NCBI GenBank assembly: GCA_050248855.1
Contig: JBFWRP010000006.1
Coordinates: 96,001 to 160,000, forward strand
Length of the DNA stretch: 64,000 nt
Direction of reading: 5' to 3'
Source of the DNA: Planctomycetota bacterium
Lineage (GTDB): Bacteria > Planctomycetota > PLA2 > JAEUHO01
Positions 19,623-28,112 of this stretch are shown in pieces (the stretch's first letter is position 1; every line of letters starts with the position of its first letter). Under the pieces are notes generated by a model, which worked only from the letters and a program-made list of their open reading frames with translations, was not told where the DNA came from and did not search any database. The position numbers and the translations under genes were made by a program.

Positions 19623-21434
19623 CGGACCTTGCGTGCCGGCCGCGGGCCGCGCGTCGACCAGGCGAAGCTCGGCGCTGACGGTGCCGCGGAACACGTTGAT
19701 CACGGGCGTGACCGCGAGATCCAGCGGCTGGCCGGAGGCGACGAGATCGAAGAGGTCGTGGCGACGCCAGCCGACCACGCGCAAGCCCCGCTCGCTACCA
19801 CGCACGAGGAACGAGAGGTGGTGGGCCGGCTGGCCGAGGAGGCGCGGCGCCCCGGCCACCTGCGCACTTCGCAGCAGGAACACCGGCTCCGGGTTGCCCT
19901 GACCGAACGGCTCGAGCCGCTTGAGGGCGTTGACCGCGTCGATCGTCCACTCGTCGGCGGAACACTCGCCGTCAAGCAGCAGCGGCGCCATGTCGGCGCC
20001 CGCCTCGTGCTGCGCGCGCACGGCCGCGCCGAAGCGGGTGCGCAGCTCGTCCACGCGCTCGGCGAGCACTTCGAAGCCCGCCGCCATCGCGTGTCCCCCG
20101 AAGCGCTCCAGACCTGCGGCGCAGGCGCAAAGCGCCGCGTGCAGGTCGATGCCGAGCGGCGTGCGCCCCGATCCGCGCCCGCGTTCGCCGTCGAGTGCAA
20201 CGACCAGCGACGGCCGCTGGAAGCGGTCCACGAGACGCGCGGCCACGATGCCCACCACGCCGGCGTGCCAGCCCTGGCCCGCGACCACGAGGCCCGGCGG
20301 GTCGTCGTCGGCCACGGCGGCTTCGGCCTGCGCGAGCGCGTCGTCCAGGACGCGGGCCTCGATCTCGCGGCGCTCGCGGTTGGCCGCGTCCAGCGCGTGG
20401 GCCAGGCGCCGCGCCTCGGCCGGGTCGTCGCACGTGAGCAGCTCCACGACCAGCTCCGGGCGCGAGAGGCGTCCCGCGGCGTTGAGGCGCGGCGCGATGC
20501 GGAAGGCCACGTCCTCGGTCGTGATGGGGGCCCCGCCCACTTCGGCGACATCGCGCAAGGCGGCGAGCCCGGCGTGCTCCGACGCGCGTAGCGAGGCGAG
20601 CCCCGCGGCCACGAGGACGCGGTTCTCCTCGCGCAGCGGCATCTGGTCCGCCAGCGTGGCCAGGGCCACGAGGGCCATCGCGTCGCGCAAGAAGACCTTG
20701 AAGCGCTGCGACCCGTCGGCGCCCAGGCGCGCGCGGCAGCGGTCGGCCACGGCCCACGCCAGCTTGAAGGCCAGGGCACAGCCGCAGAGATGGCGATGGT
20801 CTTCCTCGCCTTCGCGCGCCAGGTGCGGCACGACGAGCGCATGCGCTGGCGGCAGGGTGGGGCCGGGCAAGTGGTGGTCCGTGACGATCACGTCCAGGCC
20901 GGCCTCCGCCGCGCGCTCGAGCGCCGCGTGGGCGCCTACCCCGTTGTCCACGGTGATCACGACGCGGGCGCCGATGGCGACGAGGCGGTCGATCATGGCC
21001 GCCGACAAGCCGTACCCGTCTTCGGTCCGGTCGGGAATGGCCCAGTGCGCATCGGCGCCCAGCAGGCGGAAGAAGCGGACGAGCAGCGACGTGCCCGTCA
21101 TGCCATCGACGTCGTAGTCGCCGCAGACCGCGATGCGCTCGTTGGTGTTGACGGCGTGCGCGACGCGCCGCGCGGCACGATCGATGTCCGGCAGGCCGCG
21201 CGGGGGTCGCAGGTGCTCGAGCCGCGGGTCCAGGAAGCGCCGCGCCGCGGCCTCCTCGGCGAACCCGCGCTGGTGCAGGAGCCGGGCCACCGACGTGGGG
21301 AGGCCCAGACGTCGTGCCCAGGCGGAGGCCTCGTCGTCGGCCAGTCGCTTGCCCGCATCGGGCAGCCGCCACGTGCGGACGCCCGCGCGCCCCGGCGGGG
21401 TGGAGGCCGACGTCGAAGCGGTGCCGGGGATCAC
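19611..21434 (-). CDS. recJ: Single-stranded DNA exonuclease RecJ
   Basis: GDYDVDG, ITVDNG, VTDHH, PRLNAAGRL, GGHAMAAG and EPFGQGNPEP motifs; start codon approximate. Confidence 0.95.
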   Translation of the reverse strand: MIPGTASTSASTPPGRAGVRTWRLPDAGKRLADDEASAWARRLGLPTSVARLLHQRGFAEEAAARRFLDPRLEHLRPPRGLPDIDRAARRVAHAVNTNERIAVCGDYDVDGMTGTSLLVRFFRLLGADAHWAIPDRTEDGYGLSAAMIDRLVAIGARVVITVDNGVGAHAALERAAEAGLDVIVTDHHLPGPTLPPAHALVVPHLAREGEEDHRHLCGCALAFKLAWAVADRCRARLGADGSQRFKVFLRDAMALVALATLADQMPLREENRVLVAAGLASLRASEHAGLAALRDVAEVGGAPITTEDVAFRIAPRLNAAGRLSRPELVVELLTCDDPAEARRLAHALDAANRERREIEARVLDDALAQAEAAVADDDPPGLVVAGQGWHAGVVGIVAARLVDRFQRPSLVVALDGERGRGSGRTPLGIDLHAALCACAAGLERFGGHAMAAGFEVLAERVDELRTRFGAAVRAQHEAGADMAPLLLDGECSADEWTIDAVNALKRLEPFGQGNPEPVFLLRSAQVAGAPRLLGQPAHHLSFLVRGSERGLRVVGWRRHDLFDLVASGQPLDLAVTPVINVFRGTVSAELRLVDARPAAGTQGPSGG

Positions 21435-21600
21435 GGTCGCCTCGTCCTCCCTCGTTCCCCGTCGTTCTTGCCCGTCGCGCGCTCTCTCGCGATCGCGGCA
21501 GCCCCCGAGCAGCGGGCGACGGGTACCATCCCGGCCCGCCTGCGGCCGCAAGGAGCGTAGCCGCCGCGTCCGACGTCGAACCCTCCGGAGGACAGAGCCC

Positions 21601-23532
21601 ATGGCCGCCGCCCGCGAGGTCCGCCACGTCATCCTGGGGACGGCCGGTCACATCGACCACGGCAAGACGACCTTGGTCGAGCGCCTCACGGGAACCTGGG
21701 GCGACCGTCTGCCCGAAGAGCGCGCCCGGGGGATGACGATCGACCTCGGCTACGCGGCCTTCCCCCTCGCCGACGGGACCGAGGTCGGCCTCCTCGACGT
21801 GCCCGGCCACGAGAGCTTCGTGCACACCATGGTGGCGGGCGCCAGCGTCATGGACCTGGCCCTGCTCGTCGTCGCGGCCGACGACGGGCCGATGCTCCAG
21901 ACCCACGAGCACGTCCAGATCCTGGACGTGCTGGGCGTCACGCGCCTGGTCGTGGCCCTGACCAAGATCGACCTCGTCGACGCCGACACGGCGGACCTGG
22001 CGGAGGCCGAAGTGCGCGAGCTCGTGGACGCCACGGGCATGCGCGGCGCGCCCATCGTGCGCGTCTCGAGCGCCACCGGCGTCGGGATCGACGACCTCAA
22101 GCGCGTGTTGCTCGACACCTTGCCGCGCGTCGCCGAGCGCAAGGACGACGGCCGTGTGTTCCGCATGCCCGTGCTGCGTGGGTTCCTCGTCCCCGGGCGT
22201 GGCGCGGTCGTCACCGGCGTGCCGATCAGCGGGCGCGTCGGCGAAGGCGACCGCGTCGAGATCCTGCCGCCACGCTGGTCAGGACGCGTGCGCGGCATCC
22301 AGGTCCATGGCGCCGATGCCCACGAGGCCACCGTGGGCCATCGCGCCGCCTTGGCGCTGAGCGACATCGATGTCGGTGAGATCAAGCGCGGCATGGTCGT
22401 GGTGGGGGCCGGTGTGCTCGAACCGGCCCGCCGGCTCGTCGCGGAGGCCCGCGTGTTGGCCGATGCGAAGAACCCCCTGGAGCACGGCCATCGCGTGCGG
22501 CTGCATGTCGGTGCCTCTCGCGTCGTGGCCCAGGTGCACTTGCCGGCGCGCAAGGCGATCGCGCCGGGTGCCACGGGCTTGGTCGAGCTCGTCCCCGTGA
22601 CGCCGGTCGTCGCCTTGCCCGGGGATCGCTTCGTGCTGCGTACCGAGAACGCCTCGTCGACGATCGGCGGGGGCATCGTCATCGACGTGCCCGACCGACC
22701 GCTGCCCAAGCGGAGGGAAGGGCTGCTGGAGCGGATCGCGGCCCGCGTCCCGCGGCTGGGGCGGCCCGAGAGCCTCGTGCACGACGTGCTGGAGGCGGCG
22801 GGCGAGGGTGGGCTCGACGTGGCCGGCATTGCCGCGCGCACGGGCCTGCGCCCCGAGAGCCTGCCCGGTCTCCTGGCTTCGCTCCGCGCCAAGGAGAAGG
22901 CCCACGCGATCGGCCGCGGCGACCGCTGGTGCGAGACGCAGGCGTTCGAGCGAGTGCTCGCGCGGGTCGAAGAGAGCGTGAAGCGGCTCCACGAGAAGGA
23001 TCCCGGCGTGGCGGCGTGGCCCCTGGCGACCGTGCGTGCCGCCCACGCCCGCCTCGAGCCGGCCGTGCTGGAAGCGGCCCTCGCGGCGCTCGTGGAGCGG
23101 GATCGCCTCGACCGCACCGCCGACGGCGGCATCCGTCACGCCGACCACAGCGACGAGCTGCCCGCGCGGGACCGGGCCCTTTGCGAGGGCGTGCAAGCCC
23201 TGCTCGCCCGCGGGGCGGGTCAGCCGCCCGACGAGGACGAGCTCTCGGCGGGAACCGGGGCCTCGCTGCCGGACGTGAAGCGGGCGCTCCGTCTGCTCGC
23301 CTCGCGGGGTCGCGTGTTCCGCAGCGCCGAGCATTGGTTCGACGGCGCCTGGGTGGAGGACGCCAAGCGCCGGCTTGCCGCGTACGCGGCCCAGCACGGC
23401 GGTTTCACGCCGTCGGATGCCCGCTCCCTGCTGGATACCACCCGCAAGTGGATCATCCCGTTCCTGGAGGCGCTCGACAAGGCGGGCTTCTCCAAGCGGC
23501 AGGGCGAGAAGCGCATCGTCAAGGCCTCCTGA
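21601..23532 (+). CDS. selB: Selenocysteine-specific elongation factor
   Basis: GTAGHIDHGKT, RGMTIDLG, DVPGHE and TKID motifs; C-terminal winged helix TRKWIIPFLE. Confidence 0.93.
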   Translation: MAAAREVRHVILGTAGHIDHGKTTLVERLTGTWGDRLPEERARGMTIDLGYAAFPLADGTEVGLLDVPGHESFVHTMVAGASVMDLALLVVAADDGPMLQTHEHVQILDVLGVTRLVVALTKIDLVDADTADLAEAEVRELVDATGMRGAPIVRVSSATGVGIDDLKRVLLDTLPRVAERKDDGRVFRMPVLRGFLVPGRGAVVTGVPISGRVGEGDRVEILPPRWSGRVRGIQVHGADAHEATVGHRAALALSDIDVGEIKRGMVVVGAGVLEPARRLVAEARVLADAKNPLEHGHRVRLHVGASRVVAQVHLPARKAIAPGATGLVELVPVTPVVALPGDRFVLRTENASSTIGGGIVIDVPDRPLPKRREGLLERIAARVPRLGRPESLVHDVLEAAGEGGLDVAGIAARTGLRPESLPGLLASLRAKEKAHAIGRGDRWCETQAFERVLARVEESVKRLHEKDPGVAAWPLATVRAAHARLEPAVLEAALAALVERDRLDRTADGGIRHADHSDELPARDRALCEGVQALLARGAGQPPDEDELSAGTGASLPDVKRALRLLASRGRVFRSAEHWFDGAWVEDAKRRLAAYAAQHGGFTPSDARSLLDTTRKWIIPFLEALDKAGFSKRQGEKRIVKAS

Positions 23533-23666
23533 ACCACGCTGCCTCGGCTCCTTCGACAGGTGGAACGGGCCGTACCCGTTCACCTGGGCCGGGAACCCGC
23601 CGGCATAGGGGGCGTAGACGCCGCTTGGAGCGGAGCGCGACCGCCACGCATCGGCTCGCCAATGCC

Positions 23667-23755
23667 CCGTGAGGGGTGCAGGGGGGGTACGGAATAGCCC
23701 CCCTGCTGCGCAGGCGAAGCCGGAGCACCGAATCCGCGCGGTAGCGCGGAACGAG
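23667..23755 (+). repeat. Structured repeat family A, truncated copy
   Basis: Near-identical to the first ~90 bp of the copies at 37463 and 37766. Confidence 0.9.
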
Positions 23756-23887
23756 GTCCAGTCGCGTCGGCTGCACGAGGAGCCGATGCGGGTGCGGGAC
23801 CGAGCATCTGGCGAGCCGCACGTCCGCACCCCAGGGGCTGAACGCTTACAACGGGCGCCTCGGCGCATGGGGGCTACCATTCGAGAC

Positions 23888-25543
23888 ATGGCATCCCCCC
23901 GCCGTCGCCTCGTGCTCCTGTGGGCCCTCTTGGCCGTTTGCGTGCTTCTGGGTGGGCCCCCGCAGGCCCGTGCGGGGGACGATCCGCCGCCCGTGCCCGC
24001 CGACGATCCGCCCCCCGACGCACCCCCGGTCGAGGATCCCCCGGTCGAGGATCCGCCGGTGGAGGAGCCCGCGGATCCGCCGATCGAGACACCGTCGGGC
24101 GGGGAGGAGCCGCCGCTTCCGACCGCGGGCCTGCCGCCGGAGAACGAGGTGCCCGACGGGCCTCCCGTCGCGGAACCTCCCGTCGCGGAGCCGCCCGCGC
24201 CGGCCGTGGCCGAGGACGTGGTCGTGCTGACCAACGGCAGCGAGTGGCGCGGTCGCATCTGTCGCGAGAGCGACGACGAAGTCGAGCTGGAGTCCGTGGG
24301 CGAGTCGGGCTCCATCCAGCGCGTGACGTTGCCGCGCGTGCGCATCGCGGAGATCCGTCGGGCACCGCGCGACGGGGACGCGCCCGCGGCAGGCGTCAGC
24401 GACGAGGACGATGCGTGGTTCCTGCTCCAGGCCGAAGGCCGCGTGGTCGGTTGGCGCAACGTCCGCATCGCGCGCGTCACGTCGAGCCGCTTCACGGGAT
24501 GGCGCATGGAGGAGGAGATCCTCGAGCTCTCGCAGGGTCGGCACTTGCCGGCCACGCGCACGCGTCGCGTGGAGGTGGTGGACGAGGCGTTCCGCCCGCG
24601 CCTGTTCGACTACCGCGAGTCGACCGAGGGCGAGGGGGCGGACCGCTACGAGCGGCGCGTCACGGGTGAGGTGCGCGAGGGCGTGTGGCACGTGTTCGCC
24701 AGCCAGGACGGCGACACGCGGACGCGCGAGGTGGCGCTGCCCGAGGGCGCCCGGGGTCTCCTGGCTTGGCGCGAGTCGATGCGTCGTGCCCAGCCGCGGC
24801 GCATCGGGCTGGAAGACGGGCTGCTCGTCGACCCCGCGGCCGAGGGGATCGTTCCCTTCCAGGCCGGCTTCGTGTCCACGGGCACGGGCGCCGACGAATG
24901 GCACCGCGTCCGCGAGGGCCGTCGTCTCGTGTCGCGCTTCGATGCGGCCGGCAAGGCGGTGTCCGAGGAGATCGCCGAGGGCCTGGTCGCACGCCCGTCG
25001 TCGTCGCGTCGGTGCCTGGCCGCGGAGGCGGGCGAGGCCATCGGCCCCGACGACGCCGCGGCGGACGTCGGCACGGACCCGGGCACCATCGTGCACCTGC
25101 CGGACGTCGGCCTGGCCTTCGACCGACCGGACGCTTCCTGGGAGTGGCGGCCGTCCGTGGTGGACGCCAGTCGCACGGGCTGGCGTCAGCTGGGCTTGCT
25201 GGCCGAGCCGCGCCGCCTGCTCTACGCGCACGTCGAGTGGCATCCGGCGGGCGATGGCGCGCCGGCGCCCGGCGATGAGAAGGCCTGGCTCCTGCGCCGG
25301 CTCCGGACACAGGCCCCCGACTTGGTGGAGCTGCCCACCGGGCTGGTCCCGACCATTCCCGGCGCGCTGCGACTGGACCTGGTCGGCACCATCACGCGCC
25401 GCAGCGAGCGCGTGCGCACGATCGCCTTGATGGTGCCGCGCCCGCGCGGACTGGTCGTGATCCTGGCCGCGGGCCCCGAGAGCGGGTGGGCCCAGGGCAG
25501 CGAGGAGCTCGAGAGGTTCCTGCAAACCCTGCGCTTGCTCTGA
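23888..25543 (+). CDS. Secreted hypothetical protein with Pro/Asp/Glu-rich N-terminal linker
   Basis: Signal peptide, PPVED repeats and DVVVLTNG; TACCAT box before ATG. Confidence 0.75.
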   Translation: MASPRRRLVLLWALLAVCVLLGGPPQARAGDDPPPVPADDPPPDAPPVEDPPVEDPPVEEPADPPIETPSGGEEPPLPTAGLPPENEVPDGPPVAEPPVAEPPAPAVAEDVVVLTNGSEWRGRICRESDDEVELESVGESGSIQRVTLPRVRIAEIRRAPRDGDAPAAGVSDEDDAWFLLQAEGRVVGWRNVRIARVTSSRFTGWRMEEEILELSQGRHLPATRTRRVEVVDEAFRPRLFDYRESTEGEGADRYERRVTGEVREGVWHVFASQDGDTRTREVALPEGARGLLAWRESMRRAQPRRIGLEDGLLVDPAAEGIVPFQAGFVSTGTGADEWHRVREGRRLVSRFDAAGKAVSEEIAEGLVARPSSSRRCLAAEAGEAIGPDDAAADVGTDPGTIVHLPDVGLAFDRPDASWEWRPSVVDASRTGWRQLGLLAEPRRLLYAHVEWHPAGDGAPAPGDEKAWLLRRLRTQAPDLVELPTGLVPTIPGALRLDLVGTITRRSERVRTIALMVPRPRGLVVILAAGPESGWAQGSEELERFLQTLRLL

Positions 25544-25648
25544 CGACCGGCGCCGCGAATCGAAAGACCCCTGCGGTACCTTGTGGCCGCCGCGACGCCG
25601 TGGGGCAGGTCGCGCGGAGGGGGGACCGCGTCCGCGGACGGGAGCGTC

Positions 25649-26956
25649 GTGTCGAACCGGGATGACGTCGAGCTGGCCAAGCGCCTCATGAAGGCGGGTC
25701 TCGTCCCGGCCGAGGGCCTGCGTCAAGCGTTTGCCCTGCAGGAGCGCGTGCGCGAGGAGAAGGGGCAGAACGTGGGCCTCCCGCGCGTGATCTACCACCT
25801 GGGCCTGTTGCCCAAGGGCAGCCTCGATGCGGCCGTCGCGCCGGACCCGATCGCCCGACAGCCCTTCCCGGGCTACCGGCTGGAGCGCGTGCTGGGCGAG
25901 GGTGGGACGAGCGTCGTCTACGCGGGCACGTACCTGGAGAACGGCGCCCCCGTGGCCGTGAAGGTGCTCGACCCGATCCTGGCGCTGAAGGCCGGCTGGA
26001 TCGACCGCTTCCGGCTCGAGGCCCGCATCTTGGTCGAGGTCGAGCACCCCAACGTGATCCTGGGCTACGAGGTCGGCGAGGCCGGCGGCCTCCACTTCTT
26101 CTCCATGGAGCGCGTCGAGGGCATCACGGCCGAAGACATCCTGACGCGACGCGGGCGCATCGACTGCAACGAGGCGCTTTGGATCACCCTCCAGATGGCG
26201 CGGGCCCTGGGCGCCCTGCACGCAGCTGGCTACCTGCACCGGGACGTCAAGCCGAACAACGTCATGGTCCAGCCGGACGGACGCGCCGTCATGATCGACC
26301 TCGGCTTCACGCAGGCATTGGATCCCTCCGTGGGCGAAGACACGCCGCTGCACGCCCTCACCGTCGGCACCGTCGAGTACCTCTCCCCCGAGCAGGCGCG
26401 TGGGCGTCAGGATCTGGACCCGCGCGCGGACATCTACAGCCTCGGCGTCTCGTTCTATCACCTCGTCGTGGGCGAGGTCCCCTTCCAAGGCGCCAGCCAG
26501 GAGGAAGTCCTGGCCATGCAGGTGCTCGGCACCATCGATGCCCAGAAGCTGAAGCAACGGCACATCACGCCCGAGGTGCAGTTCTTCATCGCCAAGATGA
26601 TGTCGAAGGACCGTGCGCGCCGCTACGAGACCATGGACGAGGTCGTCCGCGAGCTGACGGGCTACGTGCCCGAGGGCGGTGTACCCGTGGACCTGGGACC
26701 GGAACCCGCTGCGCCGCCGCCCGTGCTCCAGCCCATCGCGCCGCCCGCGCCGCCCAAGCCCCCGCGGGTCGTGCCGACTGCTGCGCCCAAACCGCCGCCG
26801 GTCACGCCGGTGCGGAGGGCGAGGACCGCGGAGCCCGAGCCGCCCGCCGACAAGCCCTCCGCGCCCGTGTCCAAGCGCACCAACGTGAAGTCCGACGCCC
26901 CCGTACCGCGCCGGCGCCGCGACCGCGACGATCCGCCCCGCCGCCGTCGCCGGTGA
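25649..26956 (+). CDS. Hanks-type Ser/Thr protein kinase with Pro-rich tail
   Basis: LGEGGTSVVY, VAVK, HRDVKPNN, DLG, GTVEYLSPEQ and DIYSLG motifs. Confidence 0.95.
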   Translation: MSNRDDVELAKRLMKAGLVPAEGLRQAFALQERVREEKGQNVGLPRVIYHLGLLPKGSLDAAVAPDPIARQPFPGYRLERVLGEGGTSVVYAGTYLENGAPVAVKVLDPILALKAGWIDRFRLEARILVEVEHPNVILGYEVGEAGGLHFFSMERVEGITAEDILTRRGRIDCNEALWITLQMARALGALHAAGYLHRDVKPNNVMVQPDGRAVMIDLGFTQALDPSVGEDTPLHALTVGTVEYLSPEQARGRQDLDPRADIYSLGVSFYHLVVGEVPFQGASQEEVLAMQVLGTIDAQKLKQRHITPEVQFFIAKMMSKDRARRYETMDEVVRELTGYVPEGGVPVDLGPEPAAPPPVLQPIAPPAPPKPPRVVPTAAPKPPPVTPVRRARTAEPEPPADKPSAPVSKRTNVKSDAPVPRRRRDRDDPPRRRRR

Positions 26957-26999
26957 CGCCCGGAAGCGTAGCGGGCGCACGCCGTGGCATCGTGGGCGC

Positions 27000-27977
27000 G
27001 TGACCGACCCGCGGCCCTCTGCTTCCCCGGCTACGACGCCGCCCTGGTACGCCGAGGGCCTGCGCTTCCGTTGCACGCAGTGCGGCAAGTGCTGCACGGG
27101 GGAGCCGGGACACGTCTGGGTCGATGACGAGGAGATCCGCCGCCTGGCGCGCGCGCGAGGCCTCTCGCCGCGCGCGTTCAAGGCACGCTTCGTGCGCCGC
27201 GTGGGCAAGCGCTGGTCCCTGCGCGAGAAGGAGAACGGCGACTGCGTCCTGTTGAAGGACGGCCTCTGCACGGTCTACGACAGCAAGCCCACGCGCTGCA
27301 CGACGTTCCCCTTCTGGGGCCCCGTGCTCGAGTCGCCGGCGACCTGGGCCGAGACGGCGGAGCGCTGCGAGGGCATCGGACAAGGCGACGTCTACGACCT
27401 CGAGGCCATCGAGCGCCTCCGTGCCGGCGACCCCCGCCCGCTCGTGGAGCGCCATGCCCGTCCGCCCGAACAACCCGTGCGTCACCGGGACGACCCGGCG
27501 GACAAGCCGGCGGAGGTGCCCGGCGAGGCGGTGGCGCCCGAGGTGGACTGGGCGGCCGCGTTCACGGCGCTGGAGCGCGTGTACGCGGACCTCGACGCCG
27601 AGCTGCCGCGAACGGGCTTGACGTGCGCCGCGAGCGGTCGCTGCTGCGACTTCGACGTCTACGGCCACCGTCTCTACGTCACGACCTTGGAGGCCATGTG
27701 GTTCTTCACGTGCCTGGAGGGCCGGCGCAACGACGACGCGCGGGCCTGCCCGGCCTGGGGCACCGACCGGCTCTGCCACGAGCGGCGGGGCCGCATGCTG
27801 GGCTGCCGCACGTACTTCTGCGGGCCCTACGCCGGCGTCACGCCCGAGGACGTCCATCCCCGCTACCACGCCCGCGTGCAGGCGCTCCACGAGCGGTTCG
27901 GCATCCCGTACGCCTACCGCGACATCCGCGCCTGGGCCGAGGAGATGCGTCCGGCAGGGGGGGACGGCGCGCCCTGA
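27000..27977 (+). CDS. YkgJ-family cysteine-cluster protein with two Cys-cluster domains
   Basis: CTQCGKCC...C..C..PTRC..FPFW, then CAASGRCC...CP..C..GCRTYFC. Confidence 0.8.
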   Translation: MTDPRPSASPATTPPWYAEGLRFRCTQCGKCCTGEPGHVWVDDEEIRRLARARGLSPRAFKARFVRRVGKRWSLREKENGDCVLLKDGLCTVYDSKPTRCTTFPFWGPVLESPATWAETAERCEGIGQGDVYDLEAIERLRAGDPRPLVERHARPPEQPVRHRDDPADKPAEVPGEAVAPEVDWAAAFTALERVYADLDAELPRTGLTCAASGRCCDFDVYGHRLYVTTLEAMWFFTCLEGRRNDDARACPAWGTDRLCHERRGRMLGCRTYFCGPYAGVTPEDVHPRYHARVQALHERFGIPYAYRDIRAWAEEMRPAGGDGAP

Positions 27978-28112
27978 GGGCCCGGGTCGGCCGCTGGGCG
28001 GGGGATTCCGCACGCCACCCGGTCGTCGAGGGGAACCTGGGGGAAGGCCCCGTGTCCAAGCGAGGGCAGGCCGGGGCTCCTTCCTCCCGCATGCCCGGCC
28101 CGGAGGTCCACC

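Noticed and set aside
23533..23650. Possible selC (tRNA-Sec), SRP RNA or 6S RNA after selB
   Set aside because: No TCA anticodon arm or T-loop, no SRP helix-8 motif and no convincing 6S match by eye; kept only as an unassigned structure.
23780..23835. GAGCCGATGCGG...CCGCACGTCCG resembling group II intron domain V
   Set aside because: The spacing is wrong, there is no domain VI/AY end or RT gene, and local hairpins explain the sequence.
23975..24200. Short DNA repeats (CCCCCGGTCGAGGAT; CCTCCCGTCGCGGA)
   Set aside because: They encode an ordinary Pro-rich linker (PPVED/PPVAE) within the CDS.
23846..27271. Very long ORFs antisense to real genes (also 8100-10646, 26802-29723, 34228-37110, 41979-44420 and others)
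   Set aside because: They are shadow frames expected from high GC3 and stop-codon scarcity; the opposite strand carries recognisable proteins.
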